DNA of 62,047 nucleotides, filler included, from Choristocarpus tenellus KU-1152 (lineage: Eukaryota; Protista; Phaeophyceae): NCBI GenBank assembly GCA_964200185.2. It is 11 parts of 11 records of this genome, joined end to end, with 100 filler letters (N's around TTAATTAATTAA, not from the genome) between each part and the next. Parts side by side here need not be neighbours in the genome. Positions count along the whole stretch, not along the records: positions 34,778 to 53,221 come from CAXNAD020000551.1; positions 53,322 to 56,719 come from CAXNAD020020306.1; 9 more parts are not named here. One strand, written 5' to 3'. Positions 38,376 through 54,802 of this stretch are shown one piece after another. The notes under the pieces were generated by a model. The model was not told where the DNA came from. It saw only the letters and a program-made list of their open reading frames with translations, and ran no database searches. Positions within the stretch are counted from its first letter, which is position 1. Each line of letters begins with the position of its first letter. The position numbers were made by a program, and so were the translations under genes.

Positions 38376-41300
38376 TTCTGACCGCCATGATCACCTAGGT
38401 AGTTATTCCCCGCCATTTGTACACTCACACTCCCAATCTGTTTTTCGTGTATCACGCTTCTTTTATTTTACAGGTTCCGCTGGGAATGAGCAATTCGGAG
38501 AGGTTCCTGCCCAGGGCCAGACTTAGTGAGAACTCCTGCAGCAGTTGTGACGGCTCAAAGTGTTTATACATTACATCCACGCATCAATAACTTTACCCTT
38601 TCCACATCGAGCTCCTCGAAACCTCTTGTCTGACTTTCTTAGGACACACAGCGGTCCTTTCAGGTGCTTCATTTGCAATCGATGTCCCATGCATCACAGG
38701 GCAGCTCTTAATGGTTGGTCCCTTGAGACAACGCTACGCCAACCGAGTGGGTCCATATTCTAGTGAGAGAATGCACCCTTTTGGATGGCCAGCCGAAAAT
38801 CGCGGTGAAGGTTGCAATTAGATATTTTTTTAAAGAGAGAGAAAGGTGTGACGTGGTAGGCTGCAGCAATAGCCTAGTTTTGCACTATCGAGCGTATACG
38901 GTAGACTTGCGGATGCCTCATATATATGAAGCTCTTTTTTGGGGGGGATACATAGGTGAAGATCAACTCATTGGTCAGTCATCAGATGTGGGGAGTGACT
39001 GGAAATTAGTGGCGAAGGAGGTTCGCAATGGTTGGTCATCAGAGGTGGGAGGTGGCTGGAATCAATGGTAAAAGGGATTCACATTTGTTGGTCATCACAA
39101 AGGGGAATTCGTCTAATTTGTAGTATTAGCCCATCTCCTATGCGCAAATTTTCACCCCCATTTTGCTTTTTCCCTTTTTGGGGCATTTCGAAACGGAAAA
39201 TCGTGACAAGTGGGAATTCTATGGTAATTTTGAGGCATTTCTGAACGGAGGGTGGATGAGACCATTCTTGACCAATCTTCAAGGCAAATCTGAACTGAAT
39301 TCTTGGTGTTTCGATTTGCCCTTCGTGGTTGGTTTCTTGCTGAATTTGAATTTCTTTGTGTTTGTTTCGATTTCTTTTTCCAGAGAGTTCAGTAGCTGGT
39401 TGTTTTCTTGTCATACAGGATTGACCTGAGGAGTCTTCCTAGGATCCATAGAGTTATTTGAGCTAGGGAGGGTGTTCAATTAGACTCTTCCAACTCTATC
39501 AAATAGTTATGGTAAACTGTATATGGCGTGAGAGAACAATCATTAGTGATTAGCTGTATGAGAACATTTCTCATATAAAAGGAAATATTTCTGGTTTTAT
39601 GGGGTGCTGCATGCCCCACTTAGCATTAATCAATCACTCTACAGACATCGAGCAGTCTCCCTGGGTTTATCACCTCTATTTTTTTGGATGATTTGGGCAG
39701 TACTTTAACAACACCTTCTCCATCTAGAGGGTATATACTATTGTGAGGTGCTTGGCACCTGGACAGGCACCACTCCAAGAGTTCATACTTTGCTGCTGCA
39801 ATTGGGAAAATACAAGCAGGGAAATTTTGTGCTCTGAAGAATTTGACAACATTTCAGGTTGTCTGCAAAGGAGCACAAACAAACACTTCATTACATCAAG
39901 CAGCAAGATCATCAGCTCCAGGGCTGATGAAAGAATAGTGGCACCCTCAACAACTTAGAGGGCTAAGAGTCTACACAATGGGAAAGAACGGCTGAGGCAA
40001 ACATGGCAAAGGAGAGCATTTATTCCTCTCATCCATAGGTCTCATGATATGTTGCATTGGCTCTGTGCAGGAAGGCAATAGAGGGTTTGGGGTTCTGATA
40101 CAAATCTTGACTAGGGGAGCAGCAATTTAAACATCACTACAGAAAATACTTGGCACAAACTCTTGGAATGATACAAATAACTGCACATCACCTATGAATA
40201 AAAAATATTGCCCAGCAATACATCAGAATACCTATAGCAACTCGCTATATCTCTCTTCTGGAATACTTGCTGAAATAGGTCATCAACCTCCTCATTCCCT
40301 GCTTCTCAGGAGTTTTTACCAGGATAATTGCCACTTGGAACGTAGGCTCGCCATTTCACTGAGATGATGGCAATGCAACGAAAACCAGTGATATTTTCTC
40401 ATGCAGAGTTTGATGTGCTTTACAAGCTTGATCTCAACACAATTAGTCCATGAGAAGTACTCAAACACCTTCCATCTCGAACACCCCAGAGTATATGCTC
40501 AATGACCTAATCTAGTACATGCCTTGGCTTCAGAGAGGCTAGGACCTTCAAAGATTGGTGGGAAGGGGACTTTCACAAAATGATTCATATGCTGGAAAAC
40601 TTCCTGATTCAGAGTGCTTCTCGTGTTGTACAATCGGTCACATGCTCTGAGGAGTCTAAAATCGTCTTGGTACCTCACCGCTACAGCAACTAAGCAAAAG
40701 CAAATACAGCATGAACCAAGGAAAGAGTACAAGGCAAACGTCTTGGGGAAGCGCAAACACGACAAGTTACTTTCATTCCTCAGCAAGGAGAACGTTGGCA
40801 AAAGCTAACCAGCATAGGGGGTGCAAGAGCTCCTTGAGGAAGGATCGGCAACAACAAGGACCATCCAATGTGGCAAATGCCCGTAAGAAACGCACCGATT
40901 GAGCCTGGCATCCACTCTGCTCTCGAAACCCGGAAGCTCATCAGGGCAACATAGCCCCCATTGAGTTTGGGGACGGAGAGATCACTGCTCGGTCAACCAG
41001 GAGGCTTGCGCAATGTAAGAGATTCCTATCCCCTTCATCCCTCACGCCTTGCCCTCGTCTTGTGCCAGTGCAGTTGATGCCACTGAAGGCGCAGAAGTTC
41101 CTGCAACTGCAGCTGTTGGTGGCGCCACTATCCCTGCTTTTGTAGGCAACGCAGGCCCCACTCCGATTATGTTGTCCACTGTGCTATTGTACCACCTTTG
41201 TAACTAAAAACAGGGCAGGGGATAGGTGATTGGGTAGAGCACAAGGGAAGGTTAGCCCGATACGGACCCAAACATCGACACCAGCTTGAGTGAAGAAAAT

Positions 41301-43216
41301 TATAAACCGAAGCAGGTTGGAGCTAGTTACAAGGAGTAACTGCGTGGAAACCCGCATCTCCTTGTCTACAATGGGCACTGTTTCCCAACACTACTGATTG
41401 TCATCTTACCCCCGAAAAGACGTGCTCGTTCGGTCCGTAGTCCACGCGGAAGACGCAGTGGAAGGCTGTCGTCGCCGTCATTATCTGGGTAAAGACTTTC
41501 CAGTTACGGAGAGTTTGGGGTTTGAGCACCATCTTTCCCTTCTTTGTGGTTCGTTCCTTACTCAATTTATTGTAAATGAATTGTTGAGATCGTGCGTTTG
41601 GTCATACTGCGAGCACTACACTAAAAAAGACTATACTAACAATGAACTCACTAGAAGTTGTGAGGCATACACTAGCAATATGGAATATCTATTGTCACCA
41701 TTTCTATGTGTTCCTTATCAGGCAGTCCGTCTGAACCAATTGTGGACTAGGTACAACTGGAAGAGATAGATATCTTTGATGAGATGCGCCGTACTGAAAA
41801 CTTGTTTGGGTGACATGGACACACTGCAAGTGTAGGGAGGAATAGTGCTAAACCCAAACTTAGCCAAAGTTGGACTTAACCTACCAATACTCGACTTTTC
41901 CCAGCCTCACAAGCTCTGCATGCCACTTTACTGATGAGCAACATATGCCACGGACTTTGATGGAAGGTCTTGCATTGCACGTTTCTACTCCTGAAGTCTG
42001 AAGTACTCATTTCCATCCCACAAAAGCTTTCCGCATCTTTAGCATGTGGCGTCCCTTCAGCTCACATACCGCAATGCAGAATTGCATGTCAATTGAATTG
42101 AGGGGATGAGACATACTAGATATGCCAACGTTACAAATTTGAAGATGGTGGTTGTTACCTTTGACTGACACGTGCAATGTTGCATTCCCTTATTTTTTTC
42201 TGACCTCTCCTCAACTAATTGTGTCCTACTCCCCACCTCAGACTTGATGTGAAATTCGGCACCAGATAGTTATACTTCCTCAGCCTTACAGTTATTTCGG
42301 GCACATGAATTCAAGTATCTATTGCCTAGCTCTTAATTTTTGTAGGATATGGGGGAACTATATTTGAACTATACACTTTGATACACTGATCAATGTACCA
42401 CCCCAGCTTTGTATGAGGCCTACCATAAAAGGGTGTGATGTTGATGTCTCACCGGGATCATCAGACTAGCAACAGGAATTGTCGGGCATGTGGGGACATT
42501 TCTCATAGCATTTTTTCATGACTTCTTCACCCTTCTGCATCCTTCCCTTATTCACAGGAATGACGATACATAATATTTCTTATGATTCCAAGAACTCTGT
42601 CACCTCCCCAGTCTTTGTAAATGTTAGACTGACACACTTACCACTTGTTCTGTGCATGATATGAAAATAATATATACTAGTGGTTCGACAAGAGCTTCCT
42701 CTTTGTGAACACTTGAGATGCCAGACACTCGTGACTTAGTCTCCAGAAATCATGCATTCAAAGATGAGATGCTAAAACTATACCATCGAAATCGATCCAT
42801 ATCACAATGGTGAAATAATCCTCAACACTCAACTGAGTGCACAAAAAATGGAGGCATCAGGCAAACTTTACTGTTGATAGTGCTTGGTGGGCAACAACAA
42901 TCACTCTATCCCACCACAACAAAACCAAAACACCCAAAACTAGCTCCTTGTGCATTCACATCAAGATTCAATCTTTAAGAACCAGTACTTGGGTAAAATG
43001 TGTAGGGAGACGTATGGTCATGCTCTACGATATTGATGCACAAATATTATACGTAAGTATAAACTTCGTACCTGGGAGTGTGTCAGTACCTGTAAACCAT
43101 ACCCCAAGAATCCATTTGCGTGTGTTCCTTGAGCACCAAATAGCTCTGAGCAATTCCATTAATCAGCAGAATATATGTATACCTTTTGTCCTCTCCTCCG
43201 TTCACTTGCACTATTT

Positions 43217-46065
43217 TCAATCCGCTTTCACAAAACCCAAGCCCTCAGAGGTGCTTCCCTTGGCAACCACTCTTAGGACTTCAACCTTATCCCCTACTCG
43301 CAACACCCCCTGCCCTTCATGGAGGACATTCTGCCCAAAGAAGATCCCCTTGGCCCAGGACTCTTTCCACAGACTCAGGTGTGCACCAGTGCTGGCAAAG
43401 GTTTGAGTTAGGAAAGGTTGGTGATTTGTGTTAACTGCACAACTTTCCAAACTCTACCCTGTATTTTTGAGTTTAGCAAGGGCATTATCATCAAGTTTGC
43501 AAACCTGAATGGTAATCAGGATAGAAATTTGCAGCTCAAAGTGCCCTACTGCCACTTGATGATGCATGGATCAGTGAAAGGATAGGAGTAATTGAAGAAA
43601 AGCAGCATCCAACAAGTACAGTGTCATTTTTCTCACCCAGGTTTGCAGGAGATGAGAAAAATTTAAGAGAAGTCTAGGTCCCATCTAGTTCAGCGGTAGT
43701 TGCTGACTTGTCAAGTCAGGACATGACAAATTGATAAACAATGAATCACTGATTTCGAGGTTTTGCAATAGTGGGTGCCAATGATGCACATGCAGAGGCT
43801 CACCGGAATTTGTTCAGTGTAGCTCTTGGCTCCATTCTTTTTTCCAAAGTCTTCTGGTTGATGGTTGGGACCTGGCATCGCTCACATGGCTTCACCACAC
43901 GCATAACCACTTCTCCCACACGGATTCTTGACCAACTGTCCTCTCCAAATGCACCCCAACCTTGGACCACTAGGCTGTTCAACAGTGCAGGCAATATGTA
44001 TTGTGTGAGGTATCAGGAAAACAAAACCAACTACATAGGCGGGCTAATTGAAATACATATAGAACATTAATCTCTGTTTAATGTGTACACAAAATAGAGT
44101 ACATGGGATCCTACCACTATCCTACTCACTTTGGGCGAAAGCGGTCCATCCCCACAGCCTCAGCCTTGTCCATCCTGGAGTTCACCTCCTCAAGAGACTC
44201 TTCTGAAGTTAGAAGGATAGGGAAGCCATCGGCAAAGCCAGTCTGGAAGCCAACACCGTATTTAGGGTCTGTGAGTCGCATAAATCCATCCTGCATACGC
44301 ACCAGTTTTAGTCCATCCTGATTCACAACACATACAAACGTATTATTCATGAATAAACGTCAGTCTATCAATCAAGAAATGTACATCACAACAATCATGC
44401 AAATGATAATCAGGTTGTGTAACTACCAAAAAGAAAATGTCCTCTGATATGCTTTGTTGTGGACAATTAACCTTAAAAAAAAAAACTCTCCAACATTGAT
44501 ACAATAATGAGCACAATCAAGCATGCTAATAAATCCTAGTCCTTGCTTACACACAGTTTCTGAATCTGTCTTATAGGCTTGGGTTTGGTGCATGAAAGAT
44601 CGTCATCCTTAACATGTATCAACACGATTTGTAGGGAAAAAAAAAGAGGCTTAGCATCACTTTATCTCTGATTGGCGAAGTACCTGTATCTACGACAAGC
44701 AATTTCTTGTCAAGGCTATTTGTGCTGTGCTGTGAGGTTATAGGTGAGGAGTCATTGGTCTACTGAGCTGCCTTGCCAGTGTCCCTCGGTCTGACTACAA
44801 CATGATGAATGCATAGTTACGTTTTGTTTTTTTTGCTAGCAAATAATGTAACCACATACTGCAGGGTATTAGAATGAACCTTAGAGCAAAATACGGTTCA
44901 ATCATCGAGTGATGGTGAGAGACATTTGCCTGTTCACCATCTCAAGGAACTGGCAAAGCCATGCAGCAGCGGATGCACCTTGATCCACAGCAAGGCAGGT
45001 GTCCTTCCATACCTCCACCTCAACAACCTGCCCCATTCCTCTCCCTTCCCTTATACCCGCTTGCAGTACTGGGACGCTCAGTGTGGGTAGGCCTGGGGCA
45101 GAGAGTAGTAGTGGCTGCTCCAGAGGGTGGGAGAGGATAGAGAGGGAAAGTGCCAATAGAAGGATTGTGATCAAGTATTAATGGGTCTATAAGTTAACAG
45201 GTAAGGGGAGATAGACACAATGTCACAAGGGAATGCAGGTTAGAACCACCAATTTCTTGTCTCAATTCTCATATAGCACAGAATCCTCATGCACGTGGTT
45301 GCAATGTGACTGCTGCAATGAACAACAAGCAGAACTAGGTTTGATGGGTAGGGATAGGCATGTTTCGGCAAGAACACTTTGCAACACCATTAAAAACTTG
45401 CCTCGTTCATGGTCTTGGGCAAAGACGGGGAGATCAGTGCCATCTTGGGGCAACGTCGCTGTGTCATAAATCTACCATTTGAGTCTAACACCATCCAAAG
45501 TCGGTCAAACTCGAGACCCCTGTCTCTGAGGTTGGTCTGCTTGACCTCGCACCCCGCACATGACTTAACCGGGTAGATGTGAAGGGATGAAATCTTTGCT
45601 GTCTTAGTCCCTGGTGTTTCAAGAGCGGCGATAAGAGCAGATATTCATCCCTGGATAATATTAAACGTAATCTCGTGTCAGTATATCCACAATCAACACC
45701 TACTGAGTCAAGGAGTCGTACAGTGGTTCATACGGGCTATTGCACTTGTGCTTCGTTCGACCTAACTGCCAGAAAACAACCCCTAGTTGAATATTGAATT
45801 CGATACTATGGGTAGTAGTGTTTACATAATGCCAAAGTCTACACCATAGTGGATACCTGTGCCAACCACAAACTTCTCTTCTTTAGAGCTTGCCTCTGTA
45901 AGACTCAGATGGTCGACATTCTGTACCCTGTTCGACTCGTCCTGCACTGCGTAAACACGGTAGGCATGAAGCCAATAGGATGGAGGCCCCAACGACTGCA
46001 GAGAACAGAATCAGGAAAGGGGAAGGAGAATCACCAACAAAGAGGACGATCCCTTCCCACGACAT
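43217..46065 (-). CDS. MOSC-domain protein (mARC/YcbX-like amidoxime-reducing component), complete, ~352 aa
   Basis: Exons 46065-45927, 45610-45402, 45114-44938, 44317-44130, 43974-43804 and 43391-43217 join in frame (intron 2 needs a GC donor). N-terminal hydrophobic anchor; motifs LHIYPVKSC, DRLWMV, FADGFPILL.SE.SL, RFRPNLVV, KPCERC..PT, FFGQN, LRVGD.V. Confidence 0.93.
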
Positions 46066-46196
46066 GTTGATGGGTAGAAAAAGAAGATTAGTTGTAAGGG
46101 TATTGGTTTTAGGTGTAGGTCTATAGTTTGCAATACTGCTACCAGCCATAACACTATGTAGTATTAATTTGTGTATAATAGGACAACCATCTACAA
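46066..46196. promoter_or_regulatory. Putative bidirectional promoter between the MOSC and NAT9 genes
   Basis: Only 131 bp, AT-rich, between divergent ATGs at 46065 (-) and 46197 (+). Confidence 0.6.
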
Positions 46197-49183
<2,987 letters not shown>

Positions 49184-50526
49184 TCTGACACCTTCACCAC
49201 TGGCACCACTTGCTCCAGTGTATAGTAAGATAGGCCACAAGCACCATGTTGAGAGGAAGAGTTTTGATTGTTCTATGCAGTAGATGAAGAAAGTTGGACC
49301 TTGCCACTTGACCTATGAACAGTTGTAGAGGGAAGTTTCACAGTGTTGCAATTCTCTCCACGTACATCGACCCTACTTCTTGTCTTGCTTGGTCTGATGA
49401 TGTGAACGTACGCTGAGGCTTCATCTTCGCATGATACATGGAATTGCAAACAATGAAAAAGTGAGAAGTGAGCTGCACATGGCACCAAGGTAATGACCAA
49501 AACCTTTTGTTGGTATCCTTCTAGTATCACCAGTGAGGGATTGACCTCTAATTGACCTATACGTACAAAGCACTGTGGATTGTTTTCCTCCGTCAACAAT
49601 TTCAGCCTCCTTCTCAGGAAGATTGGAGGAAACGTGTTGTTCTGAGCAATACTGTGTCATTGTGATGATGCAAAACGATTAGAGACCTCATTGAGGTTAG
49701 CGTTGTATGTGTCAGTGTTCACCTCACACTGGTAGTGGTTGGCCTTATCTGTTTAAGTAGTGATGAGGTGTATGGATATTTATGTATCTACTACTATTAC
49801 ATGCTGTGGTAGATATACAGTGCCGTTTTTGTGAAAGCGTTGAATTAATCTATTGCATGATTTCATGTAGTTTTCTACCACAGTCTGTTTTGTCAGATAT
49901 TTCTTGTCCAGAACACGATGTGACCAAATTTTGAGTAAGAGACAAGCACTTTGCGTTCCTGTACTCAGATAAACAATGCCACTATAAAATTATTGGGCAG
50001 TGGAGTACCATTACAACCACAGTTGGTTGTATGGAGCCTTGCTTCATTACGGGACTAAACTTAAAAGATAGAATGGGTACCTCAAAGCAAGCACAGGAAT
50101 TGTTCCTTTAGATTCAAGCATTGTGCACATCAAGGCAATGACAGATAGGCACGCATGGATTCGAGTTTATGTGTGTGTGGTCAATGAGATTTGAGGGGGT
50201 AGAAAGTATTATGGAACAGCTGCATTCCGTATGCTAGATGCAACATAGAGGTCATCCAATGATTGACCTAGGTATGTTTCTTTTTGTTGGTGTCCTCTAT
50301 AACAGTATCCCTCAATCATTTAGTAGACCCATTTTCAGACAGCCTACTACCCCCTACATCATTTCTAGAGGTCAACCTCAGGCTCCAGGATAAATGTTTA
50401 CTTGGGCAGTAGATATACTTTTTCTTATGTCCTTACAGTGGAACTGTAATTGAAACATTATCTACAGGTGCTGTCTGCAGATCTACTGATTCCACAAAAT
50501 GGACTTTGTCAGAAGACTCGTTCTTA

Positions 50527-50699
50527 GGCTCAACGTATCTGGGGGGAGGTCTGTACCAGGGTGTCCATTCGAGCCCTGACAAGGAGAAATGCACTTGCAT
50601 TATCTATCCGACGCCTACAGCCAAATCACCCAAAAACAGCAACATGGAATAATGGACTCCAAATGGACAGCCGTCACCCCCTCCCAGATACTTCGAGCC
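50527..50699. mobile_element. MITE family 2
   Basis: GGCTCAACGTATCTGGG / CCCAGATACTTCGAGCC. TSD CTTA at 50523-50526 and 50700-50703. Confidence 0.92.
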
Positions 50700-50798
50700 C
50701 TTATTAAAACGGTGAGAGGAGAAGGCACACCAAATCATTCGTACACGGGCCGTTAGGGATCCCAAAGCTCAAGGGGCTACTAGAAATAAGCAAGTAGA

Positions 50799-51674
50799 TC
50801 ACTTGGGAACAAAAGGCGTAGCTCGGAAAGTATCCTTCGGCCGCTTGAATTCTGGGTGGTAATTAAACTCTGTCATCAGCACTTTGATCCCTGCACGATG
50901 CTTGGTCTTGGCACTGCTGTAGAGTGCCTGTATCTCTTCTGTTTTGTTTTGATACATCTGCTCGAAAGGTCCAAAATCTGTGGCAAAGCTTGTAGCCCAT
51001 TGTGTGTTGGTCACCATCCGTGCTTCAATCTCCTGTTTTCGCTGCTCAAGCTGTGTGGGGCCCAGTGAGTCGTGTTGCAGAATACGGATGATTGGTCAAG
51101 GTCTTGAGGCTTTACTGACAAGGGCGCGATGCGTTCAATGAGTGACGCACTTGGCATCTGCCATGTGCGTCATGTTGGGAATGGAGTTACAGCAGGTTGT
51201 GTATTACCTTGGCTAGCTCCCGTTCGAACTCCATCTTGCCAGCCTCATCTGCTTTTATTTCTGCCTCCAGGACCTTCAACTGGTTTTCTAGTGTCTCCAG
51301 AACACCCTTCACACGACATCGAATGGGTTGGATGGAGATAGCCAAAAACGTGGAGAGATAGCTTTCCTAGAAGCCCACAATCGTTTTCTTCGTGGTCATT
51401 GCAAGTCAGCAGCAATGAGGAAGCTGCAGAAGACACGTAAATGAACACACAATACAAACGTCGAAGAAGAGACGTTTTCCCAACTAAATATACTGATCGA
51501 TTCTGTCTTGAGATATGGCATAGGACACACACTCACACTGGAGAAAGGCTAAAAAATACTCGCAAAGGGAAATAGATTGATCACCTTGATACCACTCGCA
51601 GCTCGGTTCATACCCCTGAATTCCTTCTGTGAAATTGGTGCACCCAACTTATTTTTCGCGGATCCAGAAGCCAT
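50799..51674 (-). CDS. Uncharacterised coiled-coil protein, 146 aa
   Basis: Three phase-0 exons 51674-51585, 51306-51208 and 51050-50799 with GT-AG introns give an uninterrupted ORF MASGSAKNKLG...EFNYHPEFKRPKDTFRATPFVPK with a central heptad-rich helix. Confidence 0.8.
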
Positions 51675-52028
51675 ATCTATTTCGAGCCTAGTCAAGCAAC
51701 CGCGCGGAGCTTCGGTGACAACCCTCAATTGCGCACGTAAACTCTCTCCTGGCTAGAGCAAAATGTTTGTTTTCAAGGCGAGGATGAACACTCCAACACT
51801 ATTACAACATTTAACCTAAAATGTATCTCTATATATTGAAACACAAAAAATACGTGAGTACTATCCTCGAGTAATATATGTGACGAAAAAAAAAAGTGAA
51901 ACGACTAACCACACATTTTTGTCTCTTTACTCCTTCACACACAAAGCCCAACAATCGCAACAGAATCAACAAGAGAGACATAAAGACTATATTGGAATAC
52001 GAAAATCTCGAAGTTTTGACGAGACATC

Positions 52029-52378
52029 ATGGGTGCGAAAAAGAAAGGTGGAAAGGGAAAGAAGGGGAAGGGCAAGAAGGGCAAGAAGGAGGAGGTGAAG
52101 CAAGAGGAGACAGGTGAGCAGAGAGTCCCCCATACGGTACTCCTCCTACATCGCGTGGGATGGATTTCACACAGGTGCCAGTCCTGCTCATCTCGGTCAT
52201 AGACCCAGTGGCGAATTCGTACGTTACCATTTATTCCCTATCTTGATTCTCTTTTTTCGATTACTATGATCCAGAGTATGACAATATGGACCTTGAGATG
52301 CTCCAGGAGGTGGTTCCCATGCTGAAGCACCAACTAGAAAAGTCGATGTTGGACCGCAACTACGTCCAGCTCGAAAGA
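52029..52378 (+). CDS. GAS8: Dynein regulatory complex subunit 4 (GAS8/trypanin), first two exons
   Basis: Exons 52029-52113 and 52275-52378. Lys/Gly-rich N-terminus MGAKKKGGKGKKGK followed by ..LEKSMLDRNYVQLER, matching the RNY.QLERD signature of DRC4. Later exons not found. Confidence 0.8.
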
Positions 52379-53153
52379 GTGAGTGCCAACTTATGGTTCT
52401 AAGGGTCTATGGGCTAGTGGGATTGTGATACTGGATTGATTACGGAGATTTGGACTATGTGTTTGATAAAGGATATGGAGAGGTTGTCGATCACTTCGCG
52501 AATGGTTCGTCTTTCCTCAACCCTCACTCGCCTGTATGCCCTGAGACTGCTATTCCTGGGCAATCACGCCTGCAGCTTTTTTACTCCTTTTCCTGTAAAT
52601 TATCCCCCGTGATAATGCCTCCCATGAGTTAAGAAAAAGAGGTTGGACTCTCAATCTTCAAGGCTATCTCAACTGTTTCAAGCATAATTTTGTGTCGTTG
52701 TCCCAATGACCCATCCTGTTCAATTGTGTCGTCACTGCTGCATAAGTTGTGTGACCCTTCTTATCCTCCTGTTTGTCTCATCCTGCGGTCTTGTTGTGCG
52801 CATGACCGAAAATGATCTGATTGTATTTTTGTCGACTCCTTTTGTATTGCATGTCTGAACAATGAGTAAATCCCCCTCCCTGGAATTTTTCACGCTTGAA
52901 ATATATATTCCTATGATAAGCTTGTGTTTTTCGTGTAGTTCTGAGGGGTTCCAACCTGGTGGTCAAAACCAGCGAGAGGCTAAGCAAAAACACCATGCTT
53001 GAATACATCCAGAAAAAGAAACGAAAGTGTAGAAAAGGAAAAGAGAAAACTCAAAACGCAGTTGAAGAGAGGTAACCAAGGCCATACATCATTCACAAGC
53101 ATGCATTAATTACAATAGAACATTATCGACAGTGAAAGCATAGTCAGGGCCCT

Positions 53154-53221
53154 GACCCAAAGTATCTGAGGGGGTGGGGGGGGGGGTTTACACCAGGGTG
53201 TCAATTTGGGGCAAAACCAGG
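53154..53221. mobile_element. MITE family 2, truncated by gap
   Basis: GACCCAAAGTATCTGAGGGGG...TACACCAGGGTGTC running into the linker. Confidence 0.8.
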
Positions 53222-53321
53222 NNNNNNNNNNNNNNNNNNNNNNNNNNNNNNNNNNNNNNNNNNNNTTAATTAATTAANNNNNNNNNNNNNNNNNNNNNNN
53301 NNNNNNNNNNNNNNNNNNNNN

Positions 53322-53387
53322 AGTCAATTTTGGGTCAAGTCCATCCTCAATGAAAAGCTCCATCCTCAATTTTTGAAATCGGCTGTT
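53322..53387 (-). mobile_element. Terminus of the third repeat family
   Basis: Reverse complement of 14257-14322 with few mismatches. Confidence 0.7.
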
Positions 53388-54771
53388 CAAGAAAGATGAG
53401 GCTCACCAGGCAAGTAAGTGTACCAACCAATCAGTTCCAGTTTGCAGCGGTACCAGTACCAAAGGTCCAATAAGACCAAAAGATCAACAAAAGTGGTGTA
53501 GAGCTAGTTAGAGCCAGCACAAGATGAAGATAACGGAGAGCATAGGCGTAGAGAGTCGATTCACTTGTCATATGACAACCAAACAAACAACACAGATGAG
53601 AGCACCTGACTGTGATCACCTACTGCCAGTCCAATCATTGGGATACTGGTCTCTATTAAAGAAATTTCTTGGAGTCACTGGTGCGAGCATATCAATGAGG
53701 AAGAGAGTCGGCATTAGATATCAATCAAAACACAGATGGATGGACAGGTACGTATCACTCGGGTTTACATGCTACTTACGTAAGAAGCCTCAAATATCCT
53801 GGTAAGCACAGCTTCCAGATAAGTATTATCATCCAGGATTGCACACAAATGTGTACCTCCTCTTGCTGTTGTTGCTGTTGTTGTTGTGAACCCAAGTAAA
53901 AACGAATGTTACCCAGGTTTTGACAGTTTTCTTCTTTTAGCCACTTTTTTCATCTTCCTCCAATATACCTTGATTCCTTTGGATAAATCGCTGAGATTGA
54001 CTTGTGAGCATCGATTTCTCTTTCATTTGAAAAACTTGGGACAGAATGGAGAAAAATATAAAAATTCCTATACAAATTCGTATTAAAAAAAAGCACGATT
54101 TTGCACACTTACTTGTCAACATCCTTAAAATGCACCCCCTGAGTACCTCTCATTAACTTTGACTCTGTGTGACGTATCATTAGTGCTGTCAACCGCAACA
54201 GATATAATCGACTTCAGTTTAACTACTTGAGAACAGTCAAGATCAAAACCAAAAAAGCTCGGTCATTTGGTTCTTTGTTTCCTCTCAAGACGAACAAACG
54301 CATCACACAACCCAATACCTCTATGTCTGCTAGACGAAACCACTGACACCTTACAACAGATTGCATTTTCTCGTATCTTATGGATGCACCTTCTCTACTC
54401 CAGTAGAGGTGACATCTCAAGTATGCTATGAACAGCACACAATACAGTATTGCAAGAGGAGCACTAAATAAAATGCTCGTGATGAATCCATCCTCGCTCT
54501 TCGCGGTTACACAAACATCTCAAGTCATTTACACCCTTCACCCTTCCAGAAGACACGAATGACCCAATGTCATAGTCCACCTTAGATACTAGTACAGCAG
54601 ATTATGCCTCTGTCAATGGAGAAAGACCCCAAAAAAGAACCCTAGGAGTTAGTACAAAAAACCGCATCTTGAGAAGGTTTACCTCCCATTCCAGCCAAGG
54701 GACCTTGTTCTGCCTTGTGGCACCCAGGCACCACTCAGTGACACGCACCACTCAGCGAGCAGCACACATTT

Positions 54772-54802
<31 letters not shown>

